DNA of 64,000 nt from Alphaproteobacteria bacterium (lineage in GTDB: Bacteria; Pseudomonadota; Gammaproteobacteria; Burkholderiales; Burkholderiaceae_C). The stretch covers positions 30,154-94,153 of the forward strand of contig JASGCM010000014.1 in NCBI GenBank assembly GCA_030054175.1, in the 5' to 3' direction. This document shows, one piece after another, positions 62,488 through 64,000 of the stretch. Every line of letters starts with the position of its first letter. Position 1 is the stretch's first letter. The translations under genes were made by a program, and so were the position numbers. The notes beneath the pieces were generated by a model, which saw only the letters and a program-made list of their open reading frames with translations, ran no database searches and was not told the DNA's origin.

Positions 62488-63969
62488 ATGGGACTACTGA
62501 GCTTCTTTGACCGATTTCGGGCGTCCAGCGATGACCGCTCAAGCTGGGGTGACTTCTGGTTTGAGCCAGTATCGGCCAGGACTTCCAGTGGTTTTCGTGT
62601 CACCCCTGATGCGTCCCTTCGTCTCTCAGCGGTTTATGCCTGCGTGCGCATCCTGTCCGAGACGATGGCGTCTCTTCCCATCGTGCTATACCGAAAGCGG
62701 GCCGATGGTGGAAAAGACCGGGTCACCGATCACTGGCTGCACACCTTGCTTTGCCGCCGGCCCAACCGATACCAAAACCCGTTCGAGTGGCGGGAGATGC
62801 TGCAAGGCCATTTAGCCCTGCGCGGTAACGCGTACTGCCAGATCATCACCAACCCCCGCGGTGAGATCGTGGAGTTGGTACCTATCCATCCTGACCGGGT
62901 GCGCATGGAACTGCTGCGCTCAGGAGAATTTCGCTACCGGGTCACAGACCGATTCGGAGACGAAGCAGTCCTGCCGCGCGGGGATGTCTGGCATCTACGG
63001 GGTCTGTCTTCAGACGGCTTGATGGGCATGAGTCCTATTGAGTTGGCTCGGGAAAGCCTGGGAATGGCCTTGGCTGCCCAGGACTACGGCTCACGGTTTT
63101 TTGCCAACGACGCCAAGCCCACGGGCGGCTGGATCGAGTTTCCTGGTTCCTTCAAAGATGCAGAGGCCAAGAAAGTCTTTCGCGAGTCCTACCAGGCGGC
63201 GCAGTCTGGCGCCAACCGCGGCAAGGTGCTGGTCCTGGAAAACGGCATGAAGTTCCACGAAGTGGGCGTGACCAACAAGGACGCGCAGTTCCTTGAGCTT
63301 CGCAAGTTTCAGATCACGGACATCGCCCGGATCTTCCGGGTGCCGCCACACATGATTGCGGACTTGGACCGCGCCACGTTCTCGAACATTGAGCAGCAAT
63401 CTCTCGAGTTCGTGATGCACACGATGACGCCTTGGGCCGAGCGCTGGGAAGCCTCGATCGGCTCTGAGCTATTGCTCGAAGGCGACGATCTGGAGGTCGA
63501 GTTCGACTTTGCCAACCTGATGCGTGGAGACGCAGCTAGCCGCTCCGCTTACTACCAAAGCGGCATTCAAAACGGCTGGCTCACCCGAAACGAAGCGCGA
63601 GTGGCGGAAAACCTCAACCCGCTGGAAGGACTGGACGAGCCCTTGCGACCGCTCAACATGGTGGAGGAAGGTGATGCCGAGGAGGCTGAGCCACCTGATG
63701 CCGCGGCGGACAGCGAATTGGAGCCGCAGGCACCTGTCGATGAGGAAACCAATGCGCGCTTTCGCGCCGTGCTTGCAAGCGCGGCTGACCGTTGGGCGAG
63801 GCGCATCAGCCGCTCCGGAGCGATTGACGAAAAAGAGATCTGCCTCATTGCAGAAGCCTTAGCCGTACCCGTGTCAGTTGCCGAGAAATGGGCGCAAGAA
63901 CAAGACGGTCGGACTCTGTCAGAGCCGGACCTTCGCCAATCACTGATCCAACTGGGAATGAACTCATGA
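62488..63969 (+). CDS. phage portal protein (HK97 family)
   Basis: SAVYACVRILSETMASLP...LALRGNAYCQI...EQQSLEFV pattern. 493 aa, directly after the terminase. Confidence 0.88.
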   Translation: MGLLSFFDRFRASSDDRSSWGDFWFEPVSARTSSGFRVTPDASLRLSAVYACVRILSETMASLPIVLYRKRADGGKDRVTDHWLHTLLCRRPNRYQNPFEWREMLQGHLALRGNAYCQIITNPRGEIVELVPIHPDRVRMELLRSGEFRYRVTDRFGDEAVLPRGDVWHLRGLSSDGLMGMSPIELARESLGMALAAQDYGSRFFANDAKPTGGWIEFPGSFKDAEAKKVFRESYQAAQSGANRGKVLVLENGMKFHEVGVTNKDAQFLELRKFQITDIARIFRVPPHMIADLDRATFSNIEQQSLEFVMHTMTPWAERWEASIGSELLLEGDDLEVEFDFANLMRGDAASRSAYYQSGIQNGWLTRNEARVAENLNPLEGLDEPLRPLNMVEEGDAEEAEPPDAAADSELEPQAPVDEETNARFRAVLASAADRWARRISRSGAIDEKEICLIAEALAVPVSVAEKWAQEQDGRTLSEPDLRQSLIQLGMNS

Positions 63970-64000
63970 ATCACCAATTACTGGTCGCCGAGTTTCTGGC
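63966..64000 (+). CDS. start of next head-module gene (prohead protease expected by synteny)
   Basis: ATGA overlap with the portal stop. MNHQLLVAEFL... Only 11 codons are visible. Confidence 0.35.
   Translation, partial: MNHQLLVAEFL

Larger units (their letters stand above)
49476..64000. mobile_element. siphovirus-like prophage, probably defective (right end beyond window)
   Basis: Contiguous plus-strand phage modules for immunity, replication/recombination and packaging. Internal deletion at about 61754. Confidence 0.8.

Overview
High-GC chromosomal segment. Gene content and synteny look betaproteobacterial, Burkholderiales-like (inference only): Bug/TctC-family binding protein, ffh-ypjD-PP0621-ampD, prmA-accC-accB, nrdAB, an AKP-repeat histone-like protein. 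Bases 1-37.4 kb hold ordinary housekeeping genes: rfbBD, mtgA, rodA, miaB, ffh, ampD, nrdAB, prmA, accBC, mpl, aroG, tldD, hslR, fdhD, ispH, radC, serS. The most notable regulatory signal there is a Phe-rich leader peptide plus intrinsic terminator directly upstream of aroG. A tRNA-Ser(CGA) at 37276-37367 marks the switch to accessory DNA, which has three parts. (1) 37.6-46.1 kb is a four-gene, translationally coupled defence-type operon: HTH, then SNF2 helicase with a C-terminal nuclease-like domain, then a DUF1156 adenine methylase, then a DUF499 ATPase. The methylase is split by a clean ~0.67-kb internal inversion that carries the DPPY catalytic motif. The ATPase appears to have an internal in-frame deletion. 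(2) 46.2-49.2 kb holds a small SDG-repeat protein plus macrodomain pair and a large-serine-recombinase operon (DUF2924, recombinase, 144-aa partner). (3) 49.5-64 kb is a siphovirus-like prophage: XRE/ImmA switch, sigma factor, Sak4-like ATPase, DUF669, nuclease, helicase, primase-polymerase, RuvC-like resolvase, portal. It is probably defective, because a deletion fuses a 3'-truncated ParB-methylase to the C-terminal half of the large terminase. No rRNA, CRISPR array or IS transposase was seen. All family assignments come from motif recognition by eye. No database search was possible.
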